From positions 2,176,001 to 2,240,000 of the forward strand of contig CBDBCY010000004.1 of assembly GCA_965203555.1 (NCBI GenBank): a DNA stretch of 64,000 bases, read 5' to 3'. The notes under the pieces are model-generated. The model saw only the letters and a list, made by a program, of their open reading frames with translations, was not told the DNA's origin and searched no databases. The translations under genes and the position numbers were made by a program. Position 1 is the first letter of the stretch. Every line of letters starts with the position of its first letter. Positions 48,522-58,061 of the stretch are shown piece after piece. The DNA is from Acidimicrobiia bacterium (GTDB lineage: Bacteria > Actinomycetota > Acidimicrobiia > Spongiisociales > ZC4RG35).

Positions 48522-48702
48522 GTTGGTTCCTCCTGGAAGACAGGGTGTGCTGCCATATGAAAGAGAAAAGCTACCACATCGGCCTACCCTGATATATTCC
48601 GGTCAAGGCATCTTGTTCGCCATTGCCGGAGAGATAGGACGGGGAAACTCTCTGCCATTGACAGGTAGGAGTGCTCTACGCCTCGTCTTTCATCCCGCGG
48701 GA

Positions 48703-49470
48703 TTAGGGAGTACGTATTTGGACGGTTACGCCGCCGTCCACCACCAGGGTGTGGCCGGTGATGAAACCGGCGTCATCTCCGGCCAGGAATGCCACCGCCC
48801 CCGCGATGTCGGCGGGTTTTCCTCGTCGGCCCAGCGCATGAAGGGCGGAAACCGAGGCGGCGAATTCTTCCGGATTGTCCACGCGGGCCAGCACTCTCTC
48901 CCAGGCGGCGGTGTCGATGAACCCCGGAGCGACGGCGTTCACCCGGATTCCCTTCGGTCCCAGTTCCAAGGCCAAGGTTCTGGTGAGACCGATTACTCCG
49001 GACTTGGAAGCCGTGTAGGCGCCGTAATCGGGGAAGGTGTACCAGGCCATGACCGAGGCTATGTTGACGATGCTGCCTCCTCCGGAGCGCTCCATGAGGT
49101 CGGCGGCTGCCTGGGCTGAAAAAGCGACACTACGAAGATCGACTGCCAGGCACCTGTCCCATGCGGCGACGGTCATCTCCCAAAGGGGCTCGTTGTAGTC
49201 CAGTCCGGCGTTGTTGACCAGCACATGCAGAGCATCCCACCGGTCGGCGACTGCCGCCACTATCTGCGGGAAGGCGTCGGGTTCGCCGATGTCCGATTCG
49301 AGGAAGAATGCTTCCCCACCGACATCATTTATGTGGTTGACCACCTCTTCGCCCCCCTCAACGTTGATGTCGACCACCGCCACTCGGTAACCATCCGCCG
49401 CCAACCGGAAGGCGCATTCTCTCCCTATACCGGCGGCGCCGCCGGTGACGACCGCCACTGCATGTTTCAT
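48703..49470 (-). CDS. SDR family oxidoreductase
   Basis: TGGAAGIG, NNAG, YTASK, VNAVAPG. Start reassigned to ATG 49470 (TAATG coupling). Confidence 0.92.
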   Translation of the reverse strand: MKHAVAVVTGGAAGIGRECAFRLAADGYRVAVVDINVEGGEEVVNHINDVGGEAFFLESDIGEPDAFPQIVAAVADRWDALHVLVNNAGLDYNEPLWEMTVAAWDRCLAVDLRSVAFSAQAAADLMERSGGGSIVNIASVMAWYTFPDYGAYTASKSGVIGLTRTLALELGPKGIRVNAVAPGFIDTAAWERVLARVDNPEEFAASVSALHALGRRGKPADIAGAVAFLAGDDAGFITGHTLVVDGGVTVQIRTP

Positions 49471-50354
49471 TATCTGATCGGTTCTCCTTTCGATCTCGGA
49501 TCGATCACGTCTCTTAGCCCGTCGCCCAGGAGGTTGGTAGCGAACACTGTTATGGCCAGCGCCACGCCGGGGAAAAACGCCGTCCACCACGAAAGGGCAA
49601 GGAATTGGCGTCCGTCCTGGATCATTGTTCCCCACTCCGCGGTGGGTGGTGGAATACCCAGTCCCAGAAAGCTCAGCGCCGCTCCGGCCAGGATGGCCCC
49701 GGCCACGTGAATGGTCATCATCACCAGGATGGGCGGGAACACCCGGTAGATGATATGGCGGAACATCACCCGTCGGTCGCTGGCGCCGATCGCCACGGCG
49801 GTCTGCACGAAAGGGGCCTCCTTGGCCTGGATTACCTGGCCGCGGGCCATGCGGATATAGAACGGGATCCCCGACAGCCCCAGGGCCAGGGAGACGCTCC
49901 ATAACCCCGGTCCCAACACTGCCACCACCGTCAGCGCCAAGAGGATGGGAGGAAACGCCAGGGCGAGATCCACGAAGCGAGTCATCAGCAAGTCGGCCCA
50001 CCTCCCGTAGTAACCGAGGACCATTCCCGCCGTGGTTCCGATGAGTGAGGAGATCAACATGGGCACCACCCCCATGATCAGCGAGGGTCGGGCTCCGTGG
50101 ATCACCCGGCTGAACACGTCCCGCCCCAGTTGGTCGGTGCCCATCCAATGTTCGCCGCTGGGGGGTTGCAGAGCGTTGACCGGGTCGGTGTCGACCGGAT
50201 CGAAGGGCGCCAGCCAGTCTGCGAAAACGGCTGCGATCAACACCAATGCGAAGAGCGTTCCACCCACTACCACCGAACGATGGGATATGAGTCTCCTCCA
50301 TACCCCGACAGTGGTCTCGGTCAGGGGAGCGGGCGTGGGAGCGGCGTCAAGCAT
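49470..50354 (-). CDS. Peptide/nickel ABC transporter permease (DppC-like)
   Basis: HWMGTDQLGRDVFSR, LSFLGLG..PP..EWG, NLLGDGLRD..DP. Confidence 0.93.
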   Translation of the reverse strand: MLDAAPTPAPLTETTVGVWRRLISHRSVVVGGTLFALVLIAAVFADWLAPFDPVDTDPVNALQPPSGEHWMGTDQLGRDVFSRVIHGARPSLIMGVVPMLISSLIGTTAGMVLGYYGRWADLLMTRFVDLALAFPPILLALTVVAVLGPGLWSVSLALGLSGIPFYIRMARGQVIQAKEAPFVQTAVAIGASDRRVMFRHIIYRVFPPILVMMTIHVAGAILAGAALSFLGLGIPPPTAEWGTMIQDGRQFLALSWWTAFFPGVALAITVFATNLLGDGLRDVIDPRSKGEPIR

Positions 50355-50357
50355 CTG

Positions 50358-51287
50358 TCAGGTCGTTCCCAGTTTGACTCGCGGATCCAGGACCCGGTAG
50401 AAGATATCCACGATCACGTTGATCAAAACGAAAATGGAGGCCAGGATGAGAATGGATCCTTGCAGAACTGCCAGTTCCCGTTGCAGGATGCTGTCCACCA
50501 CCAGTTTCCCGACACCTTGGCGTCCGAACAGTGTCTCTATCACCACCGAAGCACCCAGCAGGTTCCCTATCTGCAGCCCGATCATCGTCACAACCGGCAC
50601 CAGGGCATTGCGCAAGCCGTGTCTCCAGGTCACCCGTGAGTCCGAGGCGCCCTTGGCGCGGGCGGTGGTGATGTAATCCTGTTCCAGGGACTCGATCAGG
50701 CTGCTTCTCACCAGGCGGGCAAGAATGGCTGCTTCGGCCAGGCCCAGAGTGAGTGCAGGTAGCACCAACCCGTCGAACCCTCCGGAACTGAGGACCGGAA
50801 ACCATCCCAGGTTGACCGCGAACAGGATTATCAACATCAGCCCCAGCCAGAACTGGGGGATGGACAGTCCCAGCACCGCGGTCCCCATGGCCGCCGTGTC
50901 AACCAGGGTGTTGCGGCGCCGGGCGGCAAGCACCCCCAAGGGGACTCCGATTACCAGCGCGACAATCATGGCCGCCCCCACCAGGATGAGGGTGGAGGGG
51001 ATCTGGGCGCCGATCAGTCCGATCACCGAACGGCCGGATATCGAGCGGCCCAGGTCGCCCTGCACCAGTCCCGCCAGATAGTCACCCAATTGAACGATGA
51101 CGGGCCGGTTGAGTCCCAGGGCCTCCCGCATCATCTCCTGCTGCTCGGGGGAGAATTTTGCTCCGGCCGACATCTGGGCGGAGACGGCGTCCCCCGGTAT
51201 GAACTGCATGAGCAGGAAGATCAGGGTGGCGACGCCGACCAGCACGGGGATGGTCAGAGCCAGCCGACCGACTATGTATCTCAGCAC
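50358..51287 (-). CDS. Peptide/nickel ABC transporter permease (DppB-like)
   Basis: YIVGRL, GDLGRS, DYITTARAKG, RHGLRNA, LDPR. Confidence 0.93.
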   Translation of the reverse strand: MLRYIVGRLALTIPVLVGVATLIFLLMQFIPGDAVSAQMSAGAKFSPEQQEMMREALGLNRPVIVQLGDYLAGLVQGDLGRSISGRSVIGLIGAQIPSTLILVGAAMIVALVIGVPLGVLAARRRNTLVDTAAMGTAVLGLSIPQFWLGLMLIILFAVNLGWFPVLSSGGFDGLVLPALTLGLAEAAILARLVRSSLIESLEQDYITTARAKGASDSRVTWRHGLRNALVPVVTMIGLQIGNLLGASVVIETLFGRQGVGKLVVDSILQRELAVLQGSILILASIFVLINVIVDIFYRVLDPRVKLGTT

Positions 51288-51321
51288 TTTTTTCTAATCA
51301 GTCCCATCCCGGACAGGCCCC

Positions 51322-51351
51322 GGGCGGCAAAGGTTGGCGCCTCTGCCGCCC
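51322..51351 (-). terminator. Intercistronic RNA hairpin after the substrate-binding gene
   Basis: Minus strand GGGCGGCAGAGG-CGCCAA-CCTTTGCCGCCC forms a 12-bp stem with one G-U pair; the pairing works only on the minus strand. Confidence 0.65.
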
Positions 51352-51396
51352 TGGTGTCTTCTGTGCGACACCAAGCCTGTCGGATTTCGATCATTG

Positions 51397-53325
51397 CTAC
51401 TGGCTCAGGGATGCTCCTGCGAAGTACTTGTAGAAACCGGTGCCGTCCACCGAGAACCCGCTCAGGGCGTCGGAGAACGCCGTGAAGAAGTGCAACTCGA
51501 TGATGGGGACCATGTAGGCCTGATCCATCATGTAGCGCTGGAATTCGGAGAGGATCTCGGCGCGCTTGCCGATGTTGGTCTCCACGGAGGCGGCTTCCAG
51601 GAGGGCGTCCACTTGCGGGTCATCGATGTGCCCGACGTTGATGTTGCCGGGGCCGATTGACGTGGAGTGGAAATCCCGGTAAATGGTGGCCGGGGAGCCG
51701 AACACGTCACCCATCGATGGGAGTGCGAACTGGGTCTCACCGGTCACCGTGTAGTAGCCGCCACCCTCGTGGGTGATGACTTCGGCGTCGAAGCCGATGT
51801 CATTCAACTGGGCCTGCAGAAGGTCGACCCACGGGTTCCAGCTGGCATTCTCGATGATCTTGACGCTCAGCGTTTCATCACCCTTGCGGCGGATACCGTC
51901 ATCACCCAATGCCCAGCCGGCCTCCTCGAGCAATTCGACGGAGCGAGCGGGATCAAGCGGGTAGTAGGTCTCCACGATCGGGTCGTACTCGGCAAAGTCG
52001 CTGGAAAGCGGACCGTACGCGGCCGGCGCCCGTCCGAAGAACACTGCCTGGACGATGGCGTCCTGGTCAACCGCGTGCAAGATCGCCTGGCGCACCCGGA
52101 TGTCCGAGGTGGGCGAGATGTTGGGGTTGATGGCGTTGGCCTGCGGCATGCCGGGCAGGGAGAAGCCTTCCACCGTTATGCCGTCGAACGCCTCCAGGGG
52201 GGCGATGTTCTGGAAGGGAACCAAGTCCAAGAAGTGTATCTCGCCGGTGGAGAGAGCAGCGGTGCGGGCCTGCTCGTCCGGTATGTACCGGAAGATCACC
52301 CGCTCGACCCGGGCCGGACCGGTGGTCCCGTAGAAAGAGAAGGCGCCCCAGGTCCAGTCGGGGTTGCGCACCATGGAGATGTGACTTCCTTCCACCCACT
52401 CCTCGAAGACGAACGGACCGGTGCCGATCGGCTGCCGGCCGGCGTCGTCGCCGAGCGCTTCCACTGCCGCCGCATTGGTGATGGCGGCGCCGGGAGCTGC
52501 CAGGTCGATGAGGATGTCGGGCACGGGCTTGGAGAAGACCAACTTCACCGTGTTGTCGTCTATGACCTCGGTGTCCTGGTAGTTGGTGGCGAGCAACGCG
52601 GTCTGCGATCCGGAGACGTCGCCCTTCAGCCGGTCAAAGTGAGCCTTGACCACTTCGGCGTTCAGGGGATCACCGTTGTGGAAAGTAACTCCCTCTCGCA
52701 GTGTGAAGGTGATCTCGGTGGCGTCGGCGCTCTGGCTCCAATGGGTGGCCAATCCGGGATGGATCTGCATTCCTTGCCCCAGGATGACCAGCGTTTCATA
52801 GATCTGGGCTACAACCGCCATATCGTTGACGGACAGGGCTGCGAAGGCATCAAGCTGTAAGGGTTCCTGGTTGGTGCCGAAGACGACGGTTCCTCCGCCC
52901 ATCAACTCCTCGATCTGCATCTGGGCTTCGTCGACCTGCTTCTGCGATTCCTCGGCCTCCATTTGTGCTTCTTCGGCAGCCTGGGCGGCTTCCATGGCCG
53001 CCATTTCGGCTTCCTCTGCTGCTTTCATCGCCTCGTCCAAGGCTGCCTGGGCCTCTTCGCCACCAGCTGCGGCCTCAGCCTGGGCCTCCTCCAAGGCCAT
53101 TTGCGCTGCTTCAGCCTCAGCCTGGGCTGCGTCCAAGGCTGCTTGAGCGGCTTCGGCTTCGGCCTGTGCCTCTTCGGCTTGGGCTTGTGCTTGTGCCGCC
53201 TGGGCTTGTGCTGCTGCAGCTTCGGCCGCCGCTTCGTCGGCCGCGCTGTCGTCGCCGCAGGCGGTGGCGATCAGCGTCAAAGCGATAATGATGCCGAGCA
53301 GTGCGCGGCCGGATAGTCTCTTCAT
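51397..53325 (-). CDS. Family 5 ABC substrate-binding lipoprotein with long Ala/Glu/Gln coiled-coil stalk
   Basis: Lipobox ATAC, ~115-aa AEQ-rich helix, FTLREGVTFHNG, PIGTGPF, VRQAI..AVD. Confidence 0.92.
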   Translation of the reverse strand: MKRLSGRALLGIIIALTLIATACGDDSAADEAAAEAAAAQAQAAQAQAQAEEAQAEAEAAQAALDAAQAEAEAAQMALEEAQAEAAAGGEEAQAALDEAMKAAEEAEMAAMEAAQAAEEAQMEAEESQKQVDEAQMQIEELMGGGTVVFGTNQEPLQLDAFAALSVNDMAVVAQIYETLVILGQGMQIHPGLATHWSQSADATEITFTLREGVTFHNGDPLNAEVVKAHFDRLKGDVSGSQTALLATNYQDTEVIDDNTVKLVFSKPVPDILIDLAAPGAAITNAAAVEALGDDAGRQPIGTGPFVFEEWVEGSHISMVRNPDWTWGAFSFYGTTGPARVERVIFRYIPDEQARTAALSTGEIHFLDLVPFQNIAPLEAFDGITVEGFSLPGMPQANAINPNISPTSDIRVRQAILHAVDQDAIVQAVFFGRAPAAYGPLSSDFAEYDPIVETYYPLDPARSVELLEEAGWALGDDGIRRKGDETLSVKIIENASWNPWVDLLQAQLNDIGFDAEVITHEGGGYYTVTGETQFALPSMGDVFGSPATIYRDFHSTSIGPGNINVGHIDDPQVDALLEAASVETNIGKRAEILSEFQRYMMDQAYMVPIIELHFFTAFSDALSGFSVDGTGFYKYFAGASLSQ

Positions 53326-53483
53326 CTTCCTCTCCTGTTCATTAGGGAAGCAAGGGCTAGTTCATCGGGCGGGCGCGGGCCGGCGCCACCACGACCATGG
53401 TTCCCCAAGATACCCCGACATTTGTGGTCAGGCAACCGAAACCCGATGTTGAAATGGGCCGGCGAGAGGTAAACTCAGTGAAG

Positions 53484-53502
53484 AGACGCGTCTGACTAGT
53501 CT
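53484..53502 (+). promoter_or_regulatory. Palindromes AGACGCGTCT and GACTAGTC overlapping -10 TAGTCT (leaderless vapB promoter)
   Basis: Read directly; the TANNNT hexamer ends 7 nt before ATG 53510. Confidence 0.55.
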
Positions 53503-53509
53503 GTTATCC

Positions 53510-53785
53510 ATGGCTATTGTCTACTCAACCTACGAAGCCAAGGCACGGTTCTCCGAGTTACTGAGACTGGTGCGGGAAGGTCAGACGGTCACCGTCTCCT
53601 ACCGGGGAGAACCTGTCGCCGAGGTGAGACCAATCCGGCAGGCGCCCAAAAGCATCCTCGAGCGACTCGATGATCTGCAGCGCCGCGGTATTGTGGTTCC
53701 CTCCCAAGGGGGCCGGGCGCCCCTTCATCCGGTGGTACGCCGGGAGGGCGCCCTTGACCGTTTCCTGGCTGAGCGTGATGGATGA
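53510..53785 (+). CDS. vapB: Phd/YefM family antitoxin
   Basis: YSTYEAKARFSELLRLVREG..V.VSYRGEPVAE. Confidence 0.9.
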   Translation: MAIVYSTYEAKARFSELLRLVREGQTVTVSYRGEPVAEVRPIRQAPKSILERLDDLQRRGIVVPSQGGRAPLHPVVRREGALDRFLAERDG

Positions 53786-54180
53786 GTGTTGCATACATCG
53801 ACACCTCGGCTGTGGTGGCTGTCGCCTTTCATGAGCCGGGTGCCCGCGCCGTTTCCGGTATGCTGGTTAAGTTTTCTCGTCTCATCTCTTCGAATCTCTT
53901 GGAAGCCGAATTGCGCGCCGCTTTCGCTCGAGAAGATGTCCAAGTTGAGGACCGTCTTCTGTCTGGGATCGATTGGGTCTTACCGGATCGACCGCTCTCT
54001 TCCGAATACAGGGCGATATTGAGTGTGGGCCGCCTGCGGGGCGCCGACCTGTGGCATTTGGCCACCGCCCTATATATCAGTAGAGAGCCCGCTCGCATCT
54101 CGTTCATTACCCTCGACAAAGCTCAACAGGCGGTAGCCGCAAGGCTTGGATTCAATTCCCCGACGATGTCTCCGCAGTGA
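53782..54180 (+). CDS. vapC: PIN-domain toxin VapC
   Basis: AYIDTSAVV, LLEAEL, LRGADLWHLATA, FITLD; ATGA overlap. Confidence 0.9.
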   Translation: MSVAYIDTSAVVAVAFHEPGARAVSGMLVKFSRLISSNLLEAELRAAFAREDVQVEDRLLSGIDWVLPDRPLSSEYRAILSVGRLRGADLWHLATALYISREPARISFITLDKAQQAVAARLGFNSPTMSPQ

Positions 54181-54183
54181 AGT

Positions 54184-55197
54184 CTACGCGGTTTCGGCGA
54201 GGAAGTGGCAGGCGCTGCTTTGCCCACCGCCCAGCGAAACCAATTCCGGGACCTGATCTCGGCAAGGTTCCCGCCCTCCCGATAGGGAGCATCGGGCGTG
54301 GAAAGCGCATCCGGCGGGTCGTGCGGCCAGGGTTGGTGGAACTCCCGGGATCGGCTGCAGGTGTTCCAATTTTCCATCCAGTCTGGGAAGACTGGTGAAC
54401 AGTCCAATGGTGTAGGGGTGGCGAGGCCGGTGGAAAATGGTCTCCACTGTTCCGGTTTCCACAATCCTTCCGGCATACATGACAGCCACCCTGTCCGCCA
54501 CTTCAGCGATCACCCCCAGATCATGTGTGACCAGGATCATCGACGCGCCGGCCGCTCCGCAACCGGCAGCCAGCACTTCCAGGACCTGAGCCTGAATGGT
54601 GACGTCCAAGGCAGTGGTGGGTTCATCGGCAATCAGGACAGAAGGCTGATTGGCGATGGCTACGGCGATGACTACCCGCTGCCTCATGCCCCCCGACAAC
54701 TCGTGGGGAAACTGGCGATAGCGTTGGCGAGGATGGGGGATACCCACCAGATCGAGTAGTTCAACGGCCCTTTCCCGGGCCTCGGAGCGAGAGGACCCAT
54801 GAATTCTGAGCGCCTCGGTGATCTGGCGCCCCACCCGCATCACCGGATTGAGTGAGGTCATGGGATCCTGGAAGACCATGGCGATTTCTTTGCCGCGGAC
54901 TTCTTCCAACTCTCCATCGGAGAACGTCAGCAGATCCTGGCCTTTGTAGAGGACCCGGCCGCCATCGATTCGGGCGTTGTCGGGAAGGAGTCCCACTAAT
55001 GAGGAGACCGTGACGGTTTTTCCCGATCCGGATTCCCCCACCACCCCCAGGATGTCACCCGGTTGCAGGGCGAAACTGACGTCTTCGATAGCAGGGAGCA
55101 CCCCGGAGTGGGTTTCGAATGAGATCGACAGGTTCCGCACCTCCAGAAGGGGCTGCTTGTCCACGGATGAGGTGTGGGGTGCGGACGGTCCGGACAC
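54184..55197 (-). CDS. Oligopeptide/dipeptide ABC transporter ATP-binding protein (OppD/DppD-like)
   Basis: GESGSGKT, FQDPMTSLNP, PHELSGGMRQR, IADEPTTALD, HPYT. Confidence 0.93.
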   Translation of the reverse strand: MSGPSAPHTSSVDKQPLLEVRNLSISFETHSGVLPAIEDVSFALQPGDILGVVGESGSGKTVTVSSLVGLLPDNARIDGGRVLYKGQDLLTFSDGELEEVRGKEIAMVFQDPMTSLNPVMRVGRQITEALRIHGSSRSEARERAVELLDLVGIPHPRQRYRQFPHELSGGMRQRVVIAVAIANQPSVLIADEPTTALDVTIQAQVLEVLAAGCGAAGASMILVTHDLGVIAEVADRVAVMYAGRIVETGTVETIFHRPRHPYTIGLFTSLPRLDGKLEHLQPIPGVPPTLAARPAGCAFHARCSLSGGREPCRDQVPELVSLGGGQSSACHFLAETA

Positions 55198-55200
55198 GGC

Positions 55201-56610
55201 CTACTTCAGCCCACCGCTGTCCGCCAGGTCCGTCAGGAGCATGGCTGCCTCCCTCTCCAGAATGGACGCCGCCTCCGACGTGTAAGCCGTCGCCCAGTTT
55301 GGTTCGTAACCTCCCCGTTCGAACTCCTCGGCAGTGGGAACGTACCCGGTGTGGCCGTTCGAGTATCCCGCCATGTGGGTGTATTCGAAGGGGGAGGCAT
55401 CCCTTACCCGCACTCCGATCTCTGCGAAGGGCTCGCCGGGAAAGCCCAACAGTGCCACCGAGTCGATCCTTATTCCGTGCACCGTGGTGGGCAGGTGGGT
55501 TCTCCCTCTGACCAGCTTCGCCCAAATCGAGCTGATGATGACCCGCCGGGCGCGGTATCGAGCTTCCATCACCTGTTCCTCCGGCGCCCCGGTCCTCTCC
55601 AACTCCAGGAAGCGTCGGGAGAGGCTGTCCGCATGGGCTTCCGCCAGGTCGGGATCCTCGGTGGGGCGGACGGGCATCTCTATGTTCCGTTCCGCGACCC
55701 TGACCAAGGGCTCCCGGTCCGGAAGCGGCTCATCCACCCAGATACCCAGCGGGGCGCCCGACTCGACGATGCCGGCGAACCTTCTTCGGGTGGGACGGGT
55801 GCGGATGCCGGTGAAAACCTTGGCCGCCTCGGCGCCCAGCATGGTCCCCATCCGCTCGGCGGCGCCCAGGTCGCCGGTCAGAGCTTCAGTGGTCATCATG
55901 TTCCCCGCGCACCCCTGCAGGTAGAGACAGGCCGCGCCGGTCAACTCCTCGACCACCCGTTTGGCCACCCCGGGGAAGTCGGGGCTGAGCAGACGATTCT
56001 GATAGGCCAGGACGATCGGATGAGCGGCGTAGCAAACCAAAGCGGCGAGAGGGTTCTCGTCGAGATCGTCAAAACGCACCACCATTACCCGGCGGTCGGC
56101 GAAGCCGTCGACATTCTGTCCCACCACCAGTTCGCCGGTTGGCGCCCGGAGTCTGCGGTTTACTGCGATGTCGCTCTCACCCCACCCCGCGGCCAGCCGG
56201 GCGGGCCGCAGAGCAGCCTTGGCCTGACGGGTTGCGCCCAGGGTCTGCGACCAGACTGTCTCCCGGTAGCCCGGCACCAACTCGTGGCCTCCCCGGCCCG
56301 CACGGGATCCCATCAAGTCCGACCAAACCGGTCCGGCATGGGTGTGGGTGTAAGAGACCCTTACATTCCTGGGGTCGATGCCCAGCACCCCGGCCACGTC
56401 ACTCCGGATGCGATCGGAATCCTTCACCGTTACATCCCCCAAGTCGTAGTCCAAAATGGCGAAGGTCTGGGTCTCACCCTCCACCACCAGCACGGTTATG
56501 AACAGGTCCAGGTGCACGCCCTCGGCCCGATGGTGAGTCTGCGCTCCCCAGCCGGCGTGTTCGATCCCGATCGGCGGCGTGATGACCGCGCGGCCTACTC
56601 CTACTCTCAT
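55201..56610 (-). CDS. Neutral/alkaline ceramidase-like Zn hydrolase
   Basis: G.G.A.ITPP, THTHAGP, YAAHP, SPDFPG, QGCAGN, PGEPF, GYSNG..GY.PT. Confidence 0.8.
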   Translation of the reverse strand: MRVGVGRAVITPPIGIEHAGWGAQTHHRAEGVHLDLFITVLVVEGETQTFAILDYDLGDVTVKDSDRIRSDVAGVLGIDPRNVRVSYTHTHAGPVWSDLMGSRAGRGGHELVPGYRETVWSQTLGATRQAKAALRPARLAAGWGESDIAVNRRLRAPTGELVVGQNVDGFADRRVMVVRFDDLDENPLAALVCYAAHPIVLAYQNRLLSPDFPGVAKRVVEELTGAACLYLQGCAGNMMTTEALTGDLGAAERMGTMLGAEAAKVFTGIRTRPTRRRFAGIVESGAPLGIWVDEPLPDREPLVRVAERNIEMPVRPTEDPDLAEAHADSLSRRFLELERTGAPEEQVMEARYRARRVIISSIWAKLVRGRTHLPTTVHGIRIDSVALLGFPGEPFAEIGVRVRDASPFEYTHMAGYSNGHTGYVPTAEEFERGGYEPNWATAYTSEAASILEREAAMLLTDLADSGGLK

Positions 56611-56714
56611 GCTGCTACTCCCACACTGCCTCGGTCAATCGGTTGGGGCCACTACTCAACGGCACGCAATGCCCTTTCGTAGGGATGGGAAGGAGGATAC
56701 CGAGCGGCGTCCGT

Positions 56715-57497
56715 TCATTGCCGTGGCGGCCAGTCGAGCTTCTTGGCAGTCAACCCCCCGTCCACTTTGAGGGTTTCACCTGTAATGAAACCGGCGCGAG
56801 GCGAGAGCAGAAACGCGATCGCTTCGGCCACATCGGTGGCGGCGCCGAAACGCAGTTGGGCGTGGAGCGCGTCCGCGGCGGGCTTGGACAACCTGCCGCT
56901 CTCGATCGCCTCCCGCGCCAGGGGCGTGTCGATGAACCCGGGCGCCACCGCGTTGACCCGGATACCCAGGTGGGCCCACTCGGTGGCCAGGGTTCTGGTG
57001 AGGGCGCTCACCCCTGCCTTGGCGGCCGCGTACGGAACCCGGAGCGGCCAGCCGAAGAACTCCGCCACCGATGAGAGATTGACCATTGCCCCACCCTGGT
57101 GCGCCATCATGTGTCTTCCGGCTGCCTGGCACCAGTAGAAGGTCCCAGACAGGTTGATGTCGAGCACTTTCTTCCAGTCTTCGGGAGTGAAGTCAGCACT
57201 CGCGCAACCCAGTTGGATCCCTGCGCAGTTCACCAGGCTCCGCACCGGAGTGTTCCAGTCTTCGATCTCCCGCATGGCCCGGCTGACGCTCTCCGGCCGT
57301 GAGACATCGCACAGCACCTCCAGCACCCGATCGGGCCCGTACTTATCGATGAGCGGGGAAGCGTGGTCGGGTCGGAGGTCGACCGCCGCGCACAAGGTGT
57401 GGGGATTCTCCTCCAGAAGGGTGGCCGCCACCGCCGATCCGATACCTCCGGCAGATCCGGTTACGATGGCGACCCCGGAGGAGGGATCATTGCTCAC
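56715..57497 (-). CDS. SDR family oxidoreductase
   Basis: TGSAGGIG, NCAG, YAAAK, VNAVAPG. Confidence 0.9.
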   Translation of the reverse strand: MSNDPSSGVAIVTGSAGGIGSAVAATLLEENPHTLCAAVDLRPDHASPLIDKYGPDRVLEVLCDVSRPESVSRAMREIEDWNTPVRSLVNCAGIQLGCASADFTPEDWKKVLDINLSGTFYWCQAAGRHMMAHQGGAMVNLSSVAEFFGWPLRVPYAAAKAGVSALTRTLATEWAHLGIRVNAVAPGFIDTPLAREAIESGRLSKPAADALHAQLRFGAATDVAEAIAFLLSPRAGFITGETLKVDGGLTAKKLDWPPRQ

Positions 57498-57907
57498 GGC
57501 GTGGTTGTCCCGTCAGCCAGCCAGCGAACCTCTGAGCCGGGAGGGGCGTAGAACCACAGCACGGTCATGCCGTCGGGTCCCGAGTGGGTCTGGTGGGGAC
57601 TGTTGGAAGGTGTGAAAAGGACGGTTCCCTTCTCCATTGGATGTGGCTCCCCGTCGATGTCCACCCAGCCCGATCCCGAAAGAATCACGGCCACTTCCTC
57701 CGCCTCGTGGGAATGGGGGACGGTTGCAAAGTCCGGGGGTAACGAGGAGGTCCCCATCACTATCTTGGCCGAGTTGCCCAGTTCGGGAGATGCCTTGACC
57801 GCCATTGCCCGGCCCTCGATCAGCCGACCGTCTCCCTCTCGGCCTGCCAGGGTGTTCTCGATCGCCTCGGTCAGCTCCGAGAGCGTCCATTTGGGAACGT
57901 CGCTCAT
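57494..57907 (-). CDS. Cupin domain protein
   Basis: HSHEAEE...GSG...G...F.P....H metal-binding cupin motifs. Confidence 0.88.
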   Translation of the reverse strand: MSDVPKWTLSELTEAIENTLAGREGDGRLIEGRAMAVKASPELGNSAKIVMGTSSLPPDFATVPHSHEAEEVAVILSGSGWVDIDGEPHPMEKGTVLFTPSNSPHQTHSGPDGMTVLWFYAPPGSEVRWLADGTTTP

Positions 57908-58061
57908 CCTGTCTCTCCGCTATATATGTCGTTAGGTGTGTTTTTGAGGCTAGTTGTCAGGGAGGAGAGAAGAGGCGACATGACGGGGCCTGTTTTGGGT
58001 CCACTGTTGATGTTGCCTTGCCGGCGGATCAACGGCTTTCGTCATCGGGTAGCCTCATAGG

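Noticed and set aside
52900-53260. Repetitive DNA (GCTTCGGC/GCCTGGGC units) as a possible CRISPR or VNTR
   Set aside because: Imperfect codon-level repeats encoding the Ala/Glu/Gln stalk; no constant repeat-spacer structure and no cas genes.
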